From an uncultured Bacteroidales bacterium (GTDB lineage: Bacteria; Bacteroidota; Bacteroidia; Bacteroidales; UBA1402), in assembly GCA_964411555.1 (NCBI GenBank), contig CAYPLF010000006.1, positions 2,227 through 66,226 on the forward strand: a stretch of DNA of 64,000 nucleotides, given 5' to 3'. Each line of letters begins with the position of its first letter. Position 1 is the first letter of the stretch. The position numbers and the translations under genes were made by a program. Positions 28,885 to 38,612 of this stretch are shown in pieces. Under the pieces are notes generated by a model. The model saw only the letters and a list, made by a program, of their open reading frames with translations. It did no database searches and had not been told where the DNA came from.

Positions 28885-30336
28885 TTACCAGGTTAGTCTT
28901 CCCTCCCAACGCAAGCCCACTAAGAATGCGATGTTGTTTCCATATTGTTCTCCTACATCTCCTGAGAAATTCATTGTCAAGCAGGTTTGTTTCAGATAGG
29001 GAAAGGGCATTTCCGTATCAATCGACCAGGAAAACTGTTCCTTACAGACAGTAGGTACACTTACCCAATGTGGTGTACCATAATTCTGCGAATAGGCAAA
29101 AATAGCCGTGTAATCGAGCAAGCCCAGGCTTCCGTTTCCGGCAACATGATACACCCTGACTTTGTTGTTGATGAAGCTTACTTGACCATTCTCATAGTTT
29201 GGGTTGTACTTGGGTGAAGTCAACCAGGGATTACCCAGCGTCATCCCGTAGAACGACCATCCATTCGGGTAAACACCATTGTTGTAATAGCTATCCACAC
29301 CACCGTAGATCAACCCGTCCAGGTCGTGCCAGGGACCACTCATGTCGGTGGTTGACAGGAATTCAAACACCAGTCGGTTCAAAGGCTTGTTGTTGCGGAA
29401 TTGAAAGGAAAGCCCCCACAAGCCATCTTCCTGGTTGTAGGATTTGTACATCGGGTGAATCGGCCTGTCTTCGTAGATATTTTGCCAATACACCTCAACA
29501 TTGGCATGTTTGAATGCGAACTCCAATCCAATATTCTTGGAAATGATGTGGTTACCCAATGTGTTATACCGTTCAGTCGCCGGCGCTGATTCGTCCCCGC
29601 TTTTTCCCATCAACACCCTTAAAAAATTGTCAAACGTTGCCGGGGAAGTTCCATACTGGGGCGAAGTACCGGCCCATTGAGCCACGTGGTGAAGGGAGTA
29701 ATTAAGGTGGACAGGCAAGGTTCCTCCCAACCGTATTCCGGCATATTTGTAATGCAGCAACGTATTGGAAGTCACTGTGCTATCAATGAACCAACCATGA
29801 ATAAGCCCGCCCTTTACTTCCACAAACCGATGCGTGAACGGTACGGGAATATACCCATACGATTCCAGCGACAGACGGGGCATGGGTCGTGCATTTCTTG
29901 ACCACAGCATGCCACCGCTGGATAAAAGAGAGTCCTGATTGCCGTAAACAGCTTGTTTACTGCCCGCAGTCAACATAAAAGGACCTAGTTTCGCGTCCAC
30001 ATACAGTTCACCGGGAAACAGGCGTGCTTCTTCCCCTGAAAGATTGGCATCCAACTCCGCTCCGAATCCATAATCAAAAACCGAGCCCGCTTTCAGGCGT
30101 TTGTGTAGTGTTCCCCAAGCCGTCGAACTGTTGGGCGTGAACGAATGCCTGTCCCATTGGTTTGCAGTAGACAAGAAAGGCGCTTGATTCCCAAATCCGG
30201 GATTCAACCGTACATTCAAGTCGTATTCCACCAATGAACTGTCAGATTGGGCAAACAGGTTTCCTGCTCCGGGTATGATTGCACCCAACATGGCTAGCAA
30301 GAAGATGGTCAAATGTATGTATGTAGTCCTTCTCAT
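28885..30336 (-). CDS. Outer-membrane beta-barrel protein that, from memory, resembles the capsule-assembly Wzi family
   Basis: 483 aa with a signal peptide ..LFAQ and a beta-rich sequence ending in an aromatic residue (..GRLTW). Confidence 0.55.
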   Translation of the reverse strand: MRRTTYIHLTIFLLAMLGAIIPGAGNLFAQSDSSLVEYDLNVRLNPGFGNQAPFLSTANQWDRHSFTPNSSTAWGTLHKRLKAGSVFDYGFGAELDANLSGEEARLFPGELYVDAKLGPFMLTAGSKQAVYGNQDSLLSSGGMLWSRNARPMPRLSLESYGYIPVPFTHRFVEVKGGLIHGWFIDSTVTSNTLLHYKYAGIRLGGTLPVHLNYSLHHVAQWAGTSPQYGTSPATFDNFLRVLMGKSGDESAPATERYNTLGNHIISKNIGLEFAFKHANVEVYWQNIYEDRPIHPMYKSYNQEDGLWGLSFQFRNNKPLNRLVFEFLSTTDMSGPWHDLDGLIYGGVDSYYNNGVYPNGWSFYGMTLGNPWLTSPKYNPNYENGQVSFINNKVRVYHVAGNGSLGLLDYTAIFAYSQNYGTPHWVSVPTVCKEQFSWSIDTEMPFPYLKQTCLTMNFSGDVGEQYGNNIAFLVGLRWEGRLTW

Positions 30337-30342
30337 GGTTCA

Positions 30343-31386
30343 TCACGGTATAAAACTCCACACATCGCGTAAACGTTCGGTATTTGTTTCTCCAAGCAAG
30401 ACATATCCTACACTGTCTATCACAAAAGTTACTGCATTCTGACGGGCACCTCCTGCAAAATCACCCCGTGACGTCCATGTATCGGACGAAGGATGGTATT
30501 CCACCACATCCGATAACAACCGACCATTGTTTTCCTCACCATTCCAGAACCTGCCCAGCATGACAAAGCCTTTACCGGCCACACTGATTCCGTTTGACAG
30601 GATGCGTCCTTTCGGAAGGTTGGCTATCCGTTTCCAGGTATTGTTGGTGGTGTTGTACCGGTAAAACAGCGGTACGTTGTATCCTCTGAATCCGGAACCC
30701 ACGTAAAAATAATCTCCAATGGCAAAACTTGCTTTTCCTATATAGCAACTGGGGGCTGTGGCCAATTCAGTCCATCGGTCTGTGGATGGATCATAGCAGT
30801 ACGTTTCATTGCAATATACGAGACCGTCAAATCCCATGGTCGTATACACACGGTCGTTGATAACAACTGCGGACAAATCATTCGAGGCTGAATCGGGCAG
30901 ACTGGCTTTTTGTGTCCATTGATCGATTGAGGGGTCATACTCCCACCAATCTTTGAAAACGTTGGTCGATGCATAGGCGCCTTTAGCACCCAGACCGACA
31001 TAAGCCTTGCCGTTGATGACACCGGCTACGGCTCTGACTCGGGCTCTCCCGGGAAAATCAGATTTCCGGGTCCAGGAATCATTGCTTGCATCGTATTCCC
31101 ATACATCGTTCAGCAAACCAGTGTTATATGAATCTGATCGTCCGAAACAAACGTAAGCTTTCTGGCCCATGGAAAAAGCCGTAGCAGAGGCCCTGGGTGT
31201 TCCTGGGAAATCAGACATGCGGGTCCATTGGATGGGGTATTCAATCTCATCGTCACACGCTACCAGACCCAGGGCAAACAGCAACAGCATGCTTTGTCCG
31301 ACTCGGAAAAGCGTCAACAGTGGTTTGTTAAGCTTTTTTGAGTGCTGCGACGTTTTCTTTGAGGGAACAGATTTTTGTTTCTGCAT
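30343..31386 (-). CDS. Kelch-repeat beta-propeller lipoprotein
   Basis: Repeated motifs (ND.WEYD...D.W / [12 protein letters not shown] / [11 protein letters not shown]) and a lipobox LGLVAC. The start is uncertain. ATG at 31386 overlaps the valS 3' end by 59 nt. Alternatives are TTG at 31317 and ATG at 31290. Confidence 0.7.
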   Translation of the reverse strand: MQKQKSVPSKKTSQHSKKLNKPLLTLFRVGQSMLLLFALGLVACDDEIEYPIQWTRMSDFPGTPRASATAFSMGQKAYVCFGRSDSYNTGLLNDVWEYDASNDSWTRKSDFPGRARVRAVAGVINGKAYVGLGAKGAYASTNVFKDWWEYDPSIDQWTQKASLPDSASNDLSAVVINDRVYTTMGFDGLVYCNETYCYDPSTDRWTELATAPSCYIGKASFAIGDYFYVGSGFRGYNVPLFYRYNTTNNTWKRIANLPKGRILSNGISVAGKGFVMLGRFWNGEENNGRLLSDVVEYHPSSDTWTSRGDFAGGARQNAVTFVIDSVGYVLLGETNTERLRDVWSFIP

Positions 31387-33979
31387 CGGCTTTCTTTTTG
31401 CGCTCAGCCTCCACCACTTCGGGTTTGGCATTGGATACGAATCGTTCGTTGTTCAGCTTATTCATGACTGAAACCAAAAAACCTTCCAGATAGGTGATTT
31501 CAGCTTCCATCTTACTGATTTCCTCGTTGATATCAATGTATTCAGCCAAGGGAACAGCGTATTCGGTGGTGCCCACCATGAATGAAATGGCACCCGGAGT
31601 TTTATTGCCCGACGTGTCGAGTTGGTTCAAATGGGCCATTTTCAACAGGGCTGCATCATTGCCTGCATCGTGGTTCCCCAGCAATTGGAGTGTCAAAGCC
31701 TCTTTGTTGGGCAGGTTCTTTTCCAACCGGATGGTACGGATGGCAGCAATAATGCCTTTCGTGGTTTCAAATCGTTCGATGACGTGTTCATCGTAAGCAG
31801 CCACATCGAGTTGACGGGACACCATCAGGCTTTCACCCGCTGCCCTGTCCTGTATGGATTGCCACAATTCTTCCGTGATGAAGGGCATGAAGGGATGCAA
31901 CAGCGCCAACAACTGTTCGAAGTAACCCAGCGTTTGTTTTAGCGTAAGGGGGTCGATGGCTTGCTGGTAAGCGGGTTTCACCAGTTCCAGGTACCAGGAG
32001 GAAAACTCATCCCAGAACAGCTTGTAAACGGTCATCAAGGCTTCGGAAATGCGGAACTTGTCGAACAGTTCGTCCATTTCGTTGACAGCGCGCTGTAGGG
32101 CGGCTCCAAACCATTGCCCGGCGATGCGGGCGGAATCAGGTTGTTGCAGGGTTTCGTCGACCTTCCAACCTTTTACCAGACGGAAAGCGTTCCAAATCTT
32201 GTTGTTGAAATTACGTCCTTGTTCACACAGCGACTCGTCAAACAAGACGTCGTTACCTGCGGGTGCGGCCAGCATCATGCCCATGCGGACACCGTCGGCT
32301 CCGAATTGTTTGATCAGTTCGATGGGTTCGGGGGAATTGCCCAGCGATTTAGACATCTTACGGCCTTGTTTGTCACGCACGATACCGGTGAGATAAACGT
32401 TGCGGAAACACAGGTCTTTTTGGTATTCATACCCGGAGATAATCATGCGGGCCACCCAGAAAAACAGGATGTCGGGAGCGGTTACCAGGTCGTTGGTAGG
32501 GTAATAATAGCGGATGTCTTCGTTGTTGGGGCGGTTGATGCCGTCGAACACGGAAACGGGCCACAACCAGGAAGAAAACCAGGTATCGAGGCAGTCTTCA
32601 TCCTGACGCAAATCGTCTATGGTCAATGGAGTGATACCGCTGCAGCAGGGGCATTTGCCTTCGAAGAGTTTGGCGTTTGCCAACTGGACGGCTTGTTCGG
32701 CTGTCTCGGCCACCACAAAACCACCTTGCGGTAGGTACCACGCAGGAATGCGGTGACCCCACCACAACTGGCGGGAAATGCACCAATCCTTCACGTTTTC
32801 CATCCAGTGACGGTAAGTATTCTTGAATTTAGGGGGTACCAGTTTGATGTCATCGTTCATCACGGCATCCAAGGCCGGTTTGGACAGTTCGGTCATCTTC
32901 AGGAACCATTGCATGGAAAGCTTGGGTTCGATGGGCACATGCGTGCGTTCGGAATAACCCACCTTGTTGACGTAGGCTTCCACTTTTTCCATCAATCCGG
33001 CGGCCACCAGGTCTTTCTCAATCTGTTCACGAACATCGAAACGGTCCTTGCCGGCGTATTGTTGGCCGTATTCGTTCAGGGTGCCGTCGTTGTTGAAAAT
33101 ATCGATGGTCTCCAGGTTGTATTTCTCACCCAGCATGTAGTCGTTGACATCGTGGGCCGGAGTCACCTTGAGGCAACCTGTACCAAACTCGATGTCCACA
33201 TAGTCGTCTTCAATCACAGGAATGGAACGGTTGATGAGGGGAACCAATACCCGTTTTCCTTTAAGCCAGGCATTCTTGGGGTCGTTGGGGTTGATGCACA
33301 TGGCCGTATCACCCAGGATGGTTTCCGGACGGGTGGTGGCCACAACGGCGTAGGTTTCCTCCCCTTCCACCTTGTAACGGAGGTAGTAAAGCTTGGAATT
33401 TACTTCCTGATACACTACTTCTTCGTCGGATAGGGCGGTTTGGGCTTTCGGATCCCAGTTTACCATACGTACACCTCTGTATATCAAGCCTTTTTGATAC
33501 AGGTCGACAAAGACGCGCAACACGCTTTCGGAACGTTGTTCATCCATGGTAAAGCAGGTACGGTCCCAATCGCAGGAAGCACCAAGTTTCTTGAGTTGCT
33601 CCAGGATGATGCCGCCGTGTTTTTCGGTCCAGTCCCAGGCATGTTTTAGGAATTCATCACGGCCGATGTCTGTTTTTTTAATGCCTTGTTCAGCCAATTT
33701 CCCCACCACCTTGGCTTCGGTGGCAATGGAGGCGTGGTCGGTTCCGGGCACCCAGCAAGCATTTTTCCCTTTCATCCTGGCCCTACGAACCAAAATATCC
33801 TGTATGGTGTTATTCAGCATATGTCCCATGTGCAACACACCGGTTACATTGGGGGGAGGAATGACGATGGTATAGGGTTCGCGTTCATCGGGAACAGAGC
33901 GGAACAGCTTGTGCTGCATCCAATACTGGTACCATTTATCTTCTACTTCGGCGGGGTTGTACTTGCTGGCTAATTCCAT
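31328..33979 (-). CDS. valS: Valine--tRNA ligase
   Basis: 883 aa with the HIGH-type motif [18 protein letters not shown] and a C-terminal coiled coil. Confidence 0.97.
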   Translation of the reverse strand: MELASKYNPAEVEDKWYQYWMQHKLFRSVPDEREPYTIVIPPPNVTGVLHMGHMLNNTIQDILVRRARMKGKNACWVPGTDHASIATEAKVVGKLAEQGIKKTDIGRDEFLKHAWDWTEKHGGIILEQLKKLGASCDWDRTCFTMDEQRSESVLRVFVDLYQKGLIYRGVRMVNWDPKAQTALSDEEVVYQEVNSKLYYLRYKVEGEETYAVVATTRPETILGDTAMCINPNDPKNAWLKGKRVLVPLINRSIPVIEDDYVDIEFGTGCLKVTPAHDVNDYMLGEKYNLETIDIFNNDGTLNEYGQQYAGKDRFDVREQIEKDLVAAGLMEKVEAYVNKVGYSERTHVPIEPKLSMQWFLKMTELSKPALDAVMNDDIKLVPPKFKNTYRHWMENVKDWCISRQLWWGHRIPAWYLPQGGFVVAETAEQAVQLANAKLFEGKCPCCSGITPLTIDDLRQDEDCLDTWFSSWLWPVSVFDGINRPNNEDIRYYYPTNDLVTAPDILFFWVARMIISGYEYQKDLCFRNVYLTGIVRDKQGRKMSKSLGNSPEPIELIKQFGADGVRMGMMLAAPAGNDVLFDESLCEQGRNFNNKIWNAFRLVKGWKVDETLQQPDSARIAGQWFGAALQRAVNEMDELFDKFRISEALMTVYKLFWDEFSSWYLELVKPAYQQAIDPLTLKQTLGYFEQLLALLHPFMPFITEELWQSIQDRAAGESLMVSRQLDVAAYDEHVIERFETTKGIIAAIRTIRLEKNLPNKEALTLQLLGNHDAGNDAALLKMAHLNQLDTSGNKTPGAISFMVGTTEYAVPLAEYIDINEEISKMEAEITYLEGFLVSVMNKLNNERFVSNAKPEVVEAERKKKADAETKICSLKENVAALKKA

Positions 33980-34016
33980 AGGGATATCTTCAACTTCAGA
34001 AATGTTTTAAAGTCGA

Positions 34017-34024
34017 CAAAAGTA
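34017..34024 (-). promoter_or_regulatory. Bacteroidota -7 promoter box (TACTTTTG) for valS
   Basis: The plus strand reads CAAAAGTA. It lies 38 nt upstream of the valS ATG. Confidence 0.5.
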
Positions 34025-34087
34025 CAAAAAAACCCTCGTTTTTATGTAAAAAATTGACAATCAACTCTTGTTTGTTAAAATGTGTTA

Positions 34088-34095
34088 TATCTTTG
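34088..34095 (+). promoter_or_regulatory. Bacteroidota -7 promoter box (TATCTTTG)
   Basis: Exact match, 23 nt upstream of the ATG at 34118. Confidence 0.5.
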
Positions 34096-34117
34096 CACAG
34101 AATTAATTCTATAACAA

Positions 34118-34711
34118 ATGAAAACACTCAGAACTTTTTCTTTCCTGATGCTTTTCGCGTCAATAACGGCGTTAATGACTTCGTGTGATGAAGAAATGAC
34201 GGTTGATGTTCCAGGGCCGGATATTGAATTCCACTTTACCTATTCAGACTTACGTTCAGGGGGATTGGGCTATATCAAGATTGCTGAAAGTGATACTCTC
34301 TACGGCAAGGATATTCGTGAATTCTTATCAAACAGCGGTCAACAATACGATTCCGTGGTTGCTTCCGCCACCATTAAAAATGCCATTTTGACGTTGAACG
34401 ATGGGTATGATTTTACCGGTGTAGATTCCATGCAACTGCGTTACCGGATTTCCGGTACGCCTACGGAGATGGTTTTGGCTACTGCCTCCTATTCGGCATC
34501 GACTCCTGATACGCTGCGTTTCAGCGACTTAAAAGTGAGCAAGGAGGCGGCTTTTGAGTTTATCAGTCAAGACGTGATTGCCAGTTTGTACGCCAAAGTT
34601 AACCCGACCAATGTACCCAATTGCTTTCAAACGGGTGTTGAATACACCTTCAAGGCAAAAACGACACTGGCGGTAAAGATGTCTGCTTTGGCCAACGGCT
34701 TCTCACTGTAA
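34118..34711 (+). CDS. Lipoprotein of unknown function
   Basis: 197 aa with the lipoprotein signal ..ALMTSC. It has its own promoter box and a strong terminator. Confidence 0.65.
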   Translation: MKTLRTFSFLMLFASITALMTSCDEEMTVDVPGPDIEFHFTYSDLRSGGLGYIKIAESDTLYGKDIREFLSNSGQQYDSVVASATIKNAILTLNDGYDFTGVDSMQLRYRISGTPTEMVLATASYSASTPDTLRFSDLKVSKEAAFEFISQDVIASLYAKVNPTNVPNCFQTGVEYTFKAKTTLAVKMSALANGFSL

Positions 34712-34730
34712 TCGTTGTAATTTAAAAAAA

Positions 34731-34767
34731 GGATGCCATCCCTTTGAAAAGGATGGCATCCTTTTTT
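34731..34767. terminator. Bidirectional Rho-independent terminator
   Basis: GGATGCCATCC - CTTTGAAAA - GGATGGCATCC, an 11-bp stem flanked by A7 and T6. It sits between convergent genes. Confidence 0.8.
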
Positions 34768-34785
34768 ATGAGATGGAATCCCTTT

Positions 34786-36675
34786 TTAATTGACCCTCCG
34801 GTCTACCCCTTCTATGTAATTGATGAAGGCTTGGTTTACCAGTCGGATACCACCCGGTGTGGGGTAATCGCCGGTGAAGTACCAATCACCTGTATCGTTG
34901 GGGCAGGCTTCGCGCAGGGCTTCCGGTGTTTGATAGACCAATTGGACACCTGCTTTGGTACCGACAGGCGTCAGCATGCTTGCCATTTTTGCAGATAGTT
35001 CCTCAATGGTAAACGGCGCATAAATTTCCTTCACATAATTGACCGTCTGTCCTTCCCTCGGTTTCAACTGTTGAGCTTTCGCCTTGTTGTACACATCGTT
35101 GATGATTTTTTCCTGACGGGTATCCTTCAACAGTTCAATCGCTGCCCTGAACGCAATGAATTCGCTCATGCGGGACATGTCAATGCCGTAGTAATCCGGA
35201 TACCGAACCTGCGGTGACGAGGAGACAATGACAATCTTCTTGGGGTGCAAGCGGTCGAGAATTTTGATGATGCTTTGTTTGAGCGTGGTGCCGCGCACAA
35301 TGGAGTCGTCGATGATGACCAGGTTGTCTTCAAACGGAACAATAGAGCCCCAGGTCACATCGTACACGTGGGCGGCCAGATCGTTTCGGCCTCCTTGTTG
35401 GGCAATGAATGTCCGAAGCTTGATATCTTTCAGCGCCACCTTCTCGAAGCGGGGTCGTAAGGCCAGCACCTTTTCCAATTCGGCTTCATCCAGCTGTTGA
35501 CCCATCTTCCGAATGGTGTCTTTCTTCAGGTTGTTGACGTACGTTTCAAGGCCTTGGCTCATGCCGAAGAAAGCCACCTCGGCCGTATTGGGAATAAAGG
35601 AAAAGACCGTATGGTCAATGTCGTAATCAACGGCTTTCAGGATGGGTTCCGTCAAGAGGGAACCCAGTTTCTTACGCTCGTTGTAAATAGCCTCATCACT
35701 ACCACGCGAGAAGTAGATGCGTTCAAACGAACAGGAACGACGCACTTCGGGTTCTCGTACTTTTTCTGTATAGACCCTTCCGTTCTTTTTGATGATAAGG
35801 GCTTTACCCGGATCAATTTCGTGAATGTCAGCTCCATCAACCCCTATGACCGTTTGAATGACGGGCCGTTCTGAAGTGACCACAACTATTTCGTCGTCGG
35901 CATAATAGAAAGCGGGGCGAATACCCCAGGGATCGCGTAAAACAAAGGCATCACCATGGCCCAGCAAGCCGCAAATGGTGTAGCCACCGTCCCACTCTTC
36001 GGATGATTTCCGTAAAACAGCGGGTATGTCGAGTTGTTCTTCAATGATCCGTTCAATGTGTTGGCTGCCAGCCTCTTCCAGCTTATCATATTCGTGTTGT
36101 ACCTCCCTGTCCAGGTAATGGCCAACGGTTTCCAGCATCAAGAACATGTCACCGGTATCGCGGGGGTGTTGTCCTTTTTCTATCAGACGCTTGGTGATGT
36201 CGTCCACATTGGTTAGGTTGAAATTACCGCACAAACATAGGTTTCGGGTCTTCCAGTTGTTGCGCCGTAAAAAAGGATGGACGTATTGCAGTCCTTCTTT
36301 GCCCGTTGTGCTGTACCGCAGGTGCCCCATATACAATTCGGCGCTGAAAGGCAGGTTTTCCTTGGCCCAGCCTGGATCGTTCACCAAATCATTGGCGTAT
36401 TTGGAATAGGATCCATTGATGCCTTCAAAAATAATATCAATAGCGCGCGAACCGCTGGCACGTTCTCTGTTGATGTATTCCTGACCCGGCCGCATGTCCA
36501 ACTTGACACTGGCCATGCCAGCACCTTCCTGACCACGGTTGTGCTGCTTTTCCATGAGCAGATAGAGCTTTTGCAACCCATACTGCCACGTGCCATACTT
36601 GCCCTGGTAATACTCCAACGGCTTCAACAAACGAATCATGGCGATGCCACATTCATGTTTCAATTCTTCACTCAT
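34786..36675 (-). CDS. purF: Amidophosphoribosyltransferase (long class-II glutamine amidotransferase form)
   Basis: Trimmed to MSEELKHECGIAMIRL.. (N-terminal nucleophile Cys after processing). PRTase motif VIIDDSIVRGTT. Confidence 0.9.
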   Translation of the reverse strand: MSEELKHECGIAMIRLLKPLEYYQGKYGTWQYGLQKLYLLMEKQHNRGQEGAGMASVKLDMRPGQEYINRERASGSRAIDIIFEGINGSYSKYANDLVNDPGWAKENLPFSAELYMGHLRYSTTGKEGLQYVHPFLRRNNWKTRNLCLCGNFNLTNVDDITKRLIEKGQHPRDTGDMFLMLETVGHYLDREVQHEYDKLEEAGSQHIERIIEEQLDIPAVLRKSSEEWDGGYTICGLLGHGDAFVLRDPWGIRPAFYYADDEIVVVTSERPVIQTVIGVDGADIHEIDPGKALIIKKNGRVYTEKVREPEVRRSCSFERIYFSRGSDEAIYNERKKLGSLLTEPILKAVDYDIDHTVFSFIPNTAEVAFFGMSQGLETYVNNLKKDTIRKMGQQLDEAELEKVLALRPRFEKVALKDIKLRTFIAQQGGRNDLAAHVYDVTWGSIVPFEDNLVIIDDSIVRGTTLKQSIIKILDRLHPKKIVIVSSSPQVRYPDYYGIDMSRMSEFIAFRAAIELLKDTRQEKIINDVYNKAKAQQLKPREGQTVNYVKEIYAPFTIEELSAKMASMLTPVGTKAGVQLVYQTPEALREACPNDTGDWYFTGDYPTPGGIRLVNQAFINYIEGVDRRVN

Positions 36676-36718
36676 AGATTGAACATAAAAGCATAAAGGA
36701 AAAAGCCACGACGGCGGG

Positions 36719-38563
36719 TCATTCCACCGTGACCGATTTTGCCAGGTTGCGGGGCTGATCCACATTGCATCCCTTGACGATGGCTATGTAATAGGCCATC
36801 AACTGCAACGGCAGGGCCGCCAACAGTGGAACGAAGCATTCTTCGGTCTCGGGAATTTCTATATAGTAATCGGCCATTTCACGAATGACGGTGTCACCCT
36901 TGGTGATAATGGCCACCACGCGCCCTTTTCTGGCTTTGATCTCTTGGATGTTGCTCACGACTTTGTCATAATGACCTTTGTTGGGAGCAATGACAACAAT
37001 GGGCATCTCGAAATCAATCAACGCGATGGGTCCGTGCTTCATTTCAGCGGCCGGGTACCCTTCAGCGTGTATGTAAGATATTTCTTTCAACTTCAGGGCA
37101 CCTTCCAGCGCCACGGGGTAATTGTAGCCACGCCCCAAATACAGGAAATTCTTGGCGTAGGTGAATATGCGGGAGAAGTTTTCAATGCTGGCGCTTACGT
37201 TCAGCGTCTCTTCCATCTTATCGGGAATGGAGGCTAATTCAGCCACCTTCCGTTCAAAGTCTTCCTTATCCATGGTACCCTTTTCCATGGCTATGGTCAA
37301 AGCAATCAGACTAAGTACGGTAACCTGTGCCGTGAAGGCTTTGGTGGACGCCACGCCGATTTCAGGTCCTGCATGGGTATAGGAACCGGAATGGGTCAAA
37401 CGGGGAATGGATGATCCTACCACATTGCAAATACCGTACACGAAGGCACCTTGCGAGCGTGCCAGTTCAGCGGCAGCCAGGGTATCGGCCGTTTCACCGG
37501 ATTGTGAAATGACAATGACCACATCGTCGCTGTGCAGGATTGGATTTCTGTAGCGGAATTCCGAGGCATATTCCACCTCAACCGGAATGCGGGCAAACTC
37601 TTCAATGAGGTATTCACCAATCAGACCGGCATGCCAGGAAGTGCCACAGGCTGCAATGATGACGCGCTTGGCGTTGATGAACTTTTCTTTGTTGTCAATG
37701 ATACCCGACATGGCCACTGAGGTGTGCTCCACATTGATGCGGCCTCTCATGCATTCCCGGATGGTGTTGGGTTGTTCAAAGATTTCCTTGAGCATGAAAT
37801 GAGGATACCCTCCTTTTTCCAACTGGGTCAGACTCATCTCCAATTTCTTGATCTCGTGGCTTTTCTCCACGTTGTTCAGGTTGAAAATGCGGGGTTCCTT
37901 GCCACGTTGCAGGCGTACAACTTCATCGTCTTCAATGTAGATGACCCGGTTGGTGTATTCGATGATGGGTGAAGCATCCGAACCCAGGAAAAATTCATCG
38001 TCACCAATGCCCACCACCAAGGGGCTGGACTTGCGGGCGGCAACAATCGTATCCGGATTGTTCTTTTCAATCACGGCTATGGCATACGCACCTACCACCT
38101 GCGTCAATGCCAATTGGACAGCGTGGAATAAGTCCACATTGTTGGTTTGACGCACGTATTCAATCAACTGCACCAACACCTCCGTATCCGTGTTGCTTTT
38201 AAACGTAAATCCCCTAGCTTTAAGATCTTCCTTCAACACGGTATAATTCTCGATGATACCGTTGTGGATCATGGCTAATGTTTCAGACTGCGAGTAGTGT
38301 GGATGGGCATTCACGTCATTGGGTTCACCGTGGGTGGCCCAACGCGTGTGGGCAATACCTATGGTTCCGGTGGTATTTTTAGTCTCTGCAAAGTGTTCCA
38401 AATCAGCCACCTTACCCCTGGTCTTATAGACCACCAACTCATCCGCATCGGTGATGAGAGCCACGCCGGCACTGTCATATCCCCTGTATTCCAAACGTTG
38501 CAAACCCTTGATTAAAATGGGGTACGCTTGTTTGTCACCAATATAGCCAACTATTCCACACAT
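36719..38563 (-). CDS. glmS: Glutamine--fructose-6-phosphate aminotransferase (isomerising)
   Basis: Trimmed to MCGIVGYIGDKQ.. Tandem SIS domains and the canonical C-terminus ..NLAKSVTVE. Confidence 0.96.
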   Translation of the reverse strand: MCGIVGYIGDKQAYPILIKGLQRLEYRGYDSAGVALITDADELVVYKTRGKVADLEHFAETKNTTGTIGIAHTRWATHGEPNDVNAHPHYSQSETLAMIHNGIIENYTVLKEDLKARGFTFKSNTDTEVLVQLIEYVRQTNNVDLFHAVQLALTQVVGAYAIAVIEKNNPDTIVAARKSSPLVVGIGDDEFFLGSDASPIIEYTNRVIYIEDDEVVRLQRGKEPRIFNLNNVEKSHEIKKLEMSLTQLEKGGYPHFMLKEIFEQPNTIRECMRGRINVEHTSVAMSGIIDNKEKFINAKRVIIAACGTSWHAGLIGEYLIEEFARIPVEVEYASEFRYRNPILHSDDVVIVISQSGETADTLAAAELARSQGAFVYGICNVVGSSIPRLTHSGSYTHAGPEIGVASTKAFTAQVTVLSLIALTIAMEKGTMDKEDFERKVAELASIPDKMEETLNVSASIENFSRIFTYAKNFLYLGRGYNYPVALEGALKLKEISYIHAEGYPAAEMKHGPIALIDFEMPIVVIAPNKGHYDKVVSNIQEIKARKGRVVAIITKGDTVIREMADYYIEIPETEECFVPLLAALPLQLMAYYIAIVKGCNVDQPRNLAKSVTVE

Positions 38564-38612
38564 ATCATTGAGTCTTTCACCGAAAACCGACGTTTCTGTT
38601 GGTTGTAGGTCG

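Noticed and set aside
38564-38612. glmS ribozyme upstream of glmS
   Set aside because: Only 49 nt separate glmS from the carB stop, far shorter than the ribozyme. No matching core sequence is visible.
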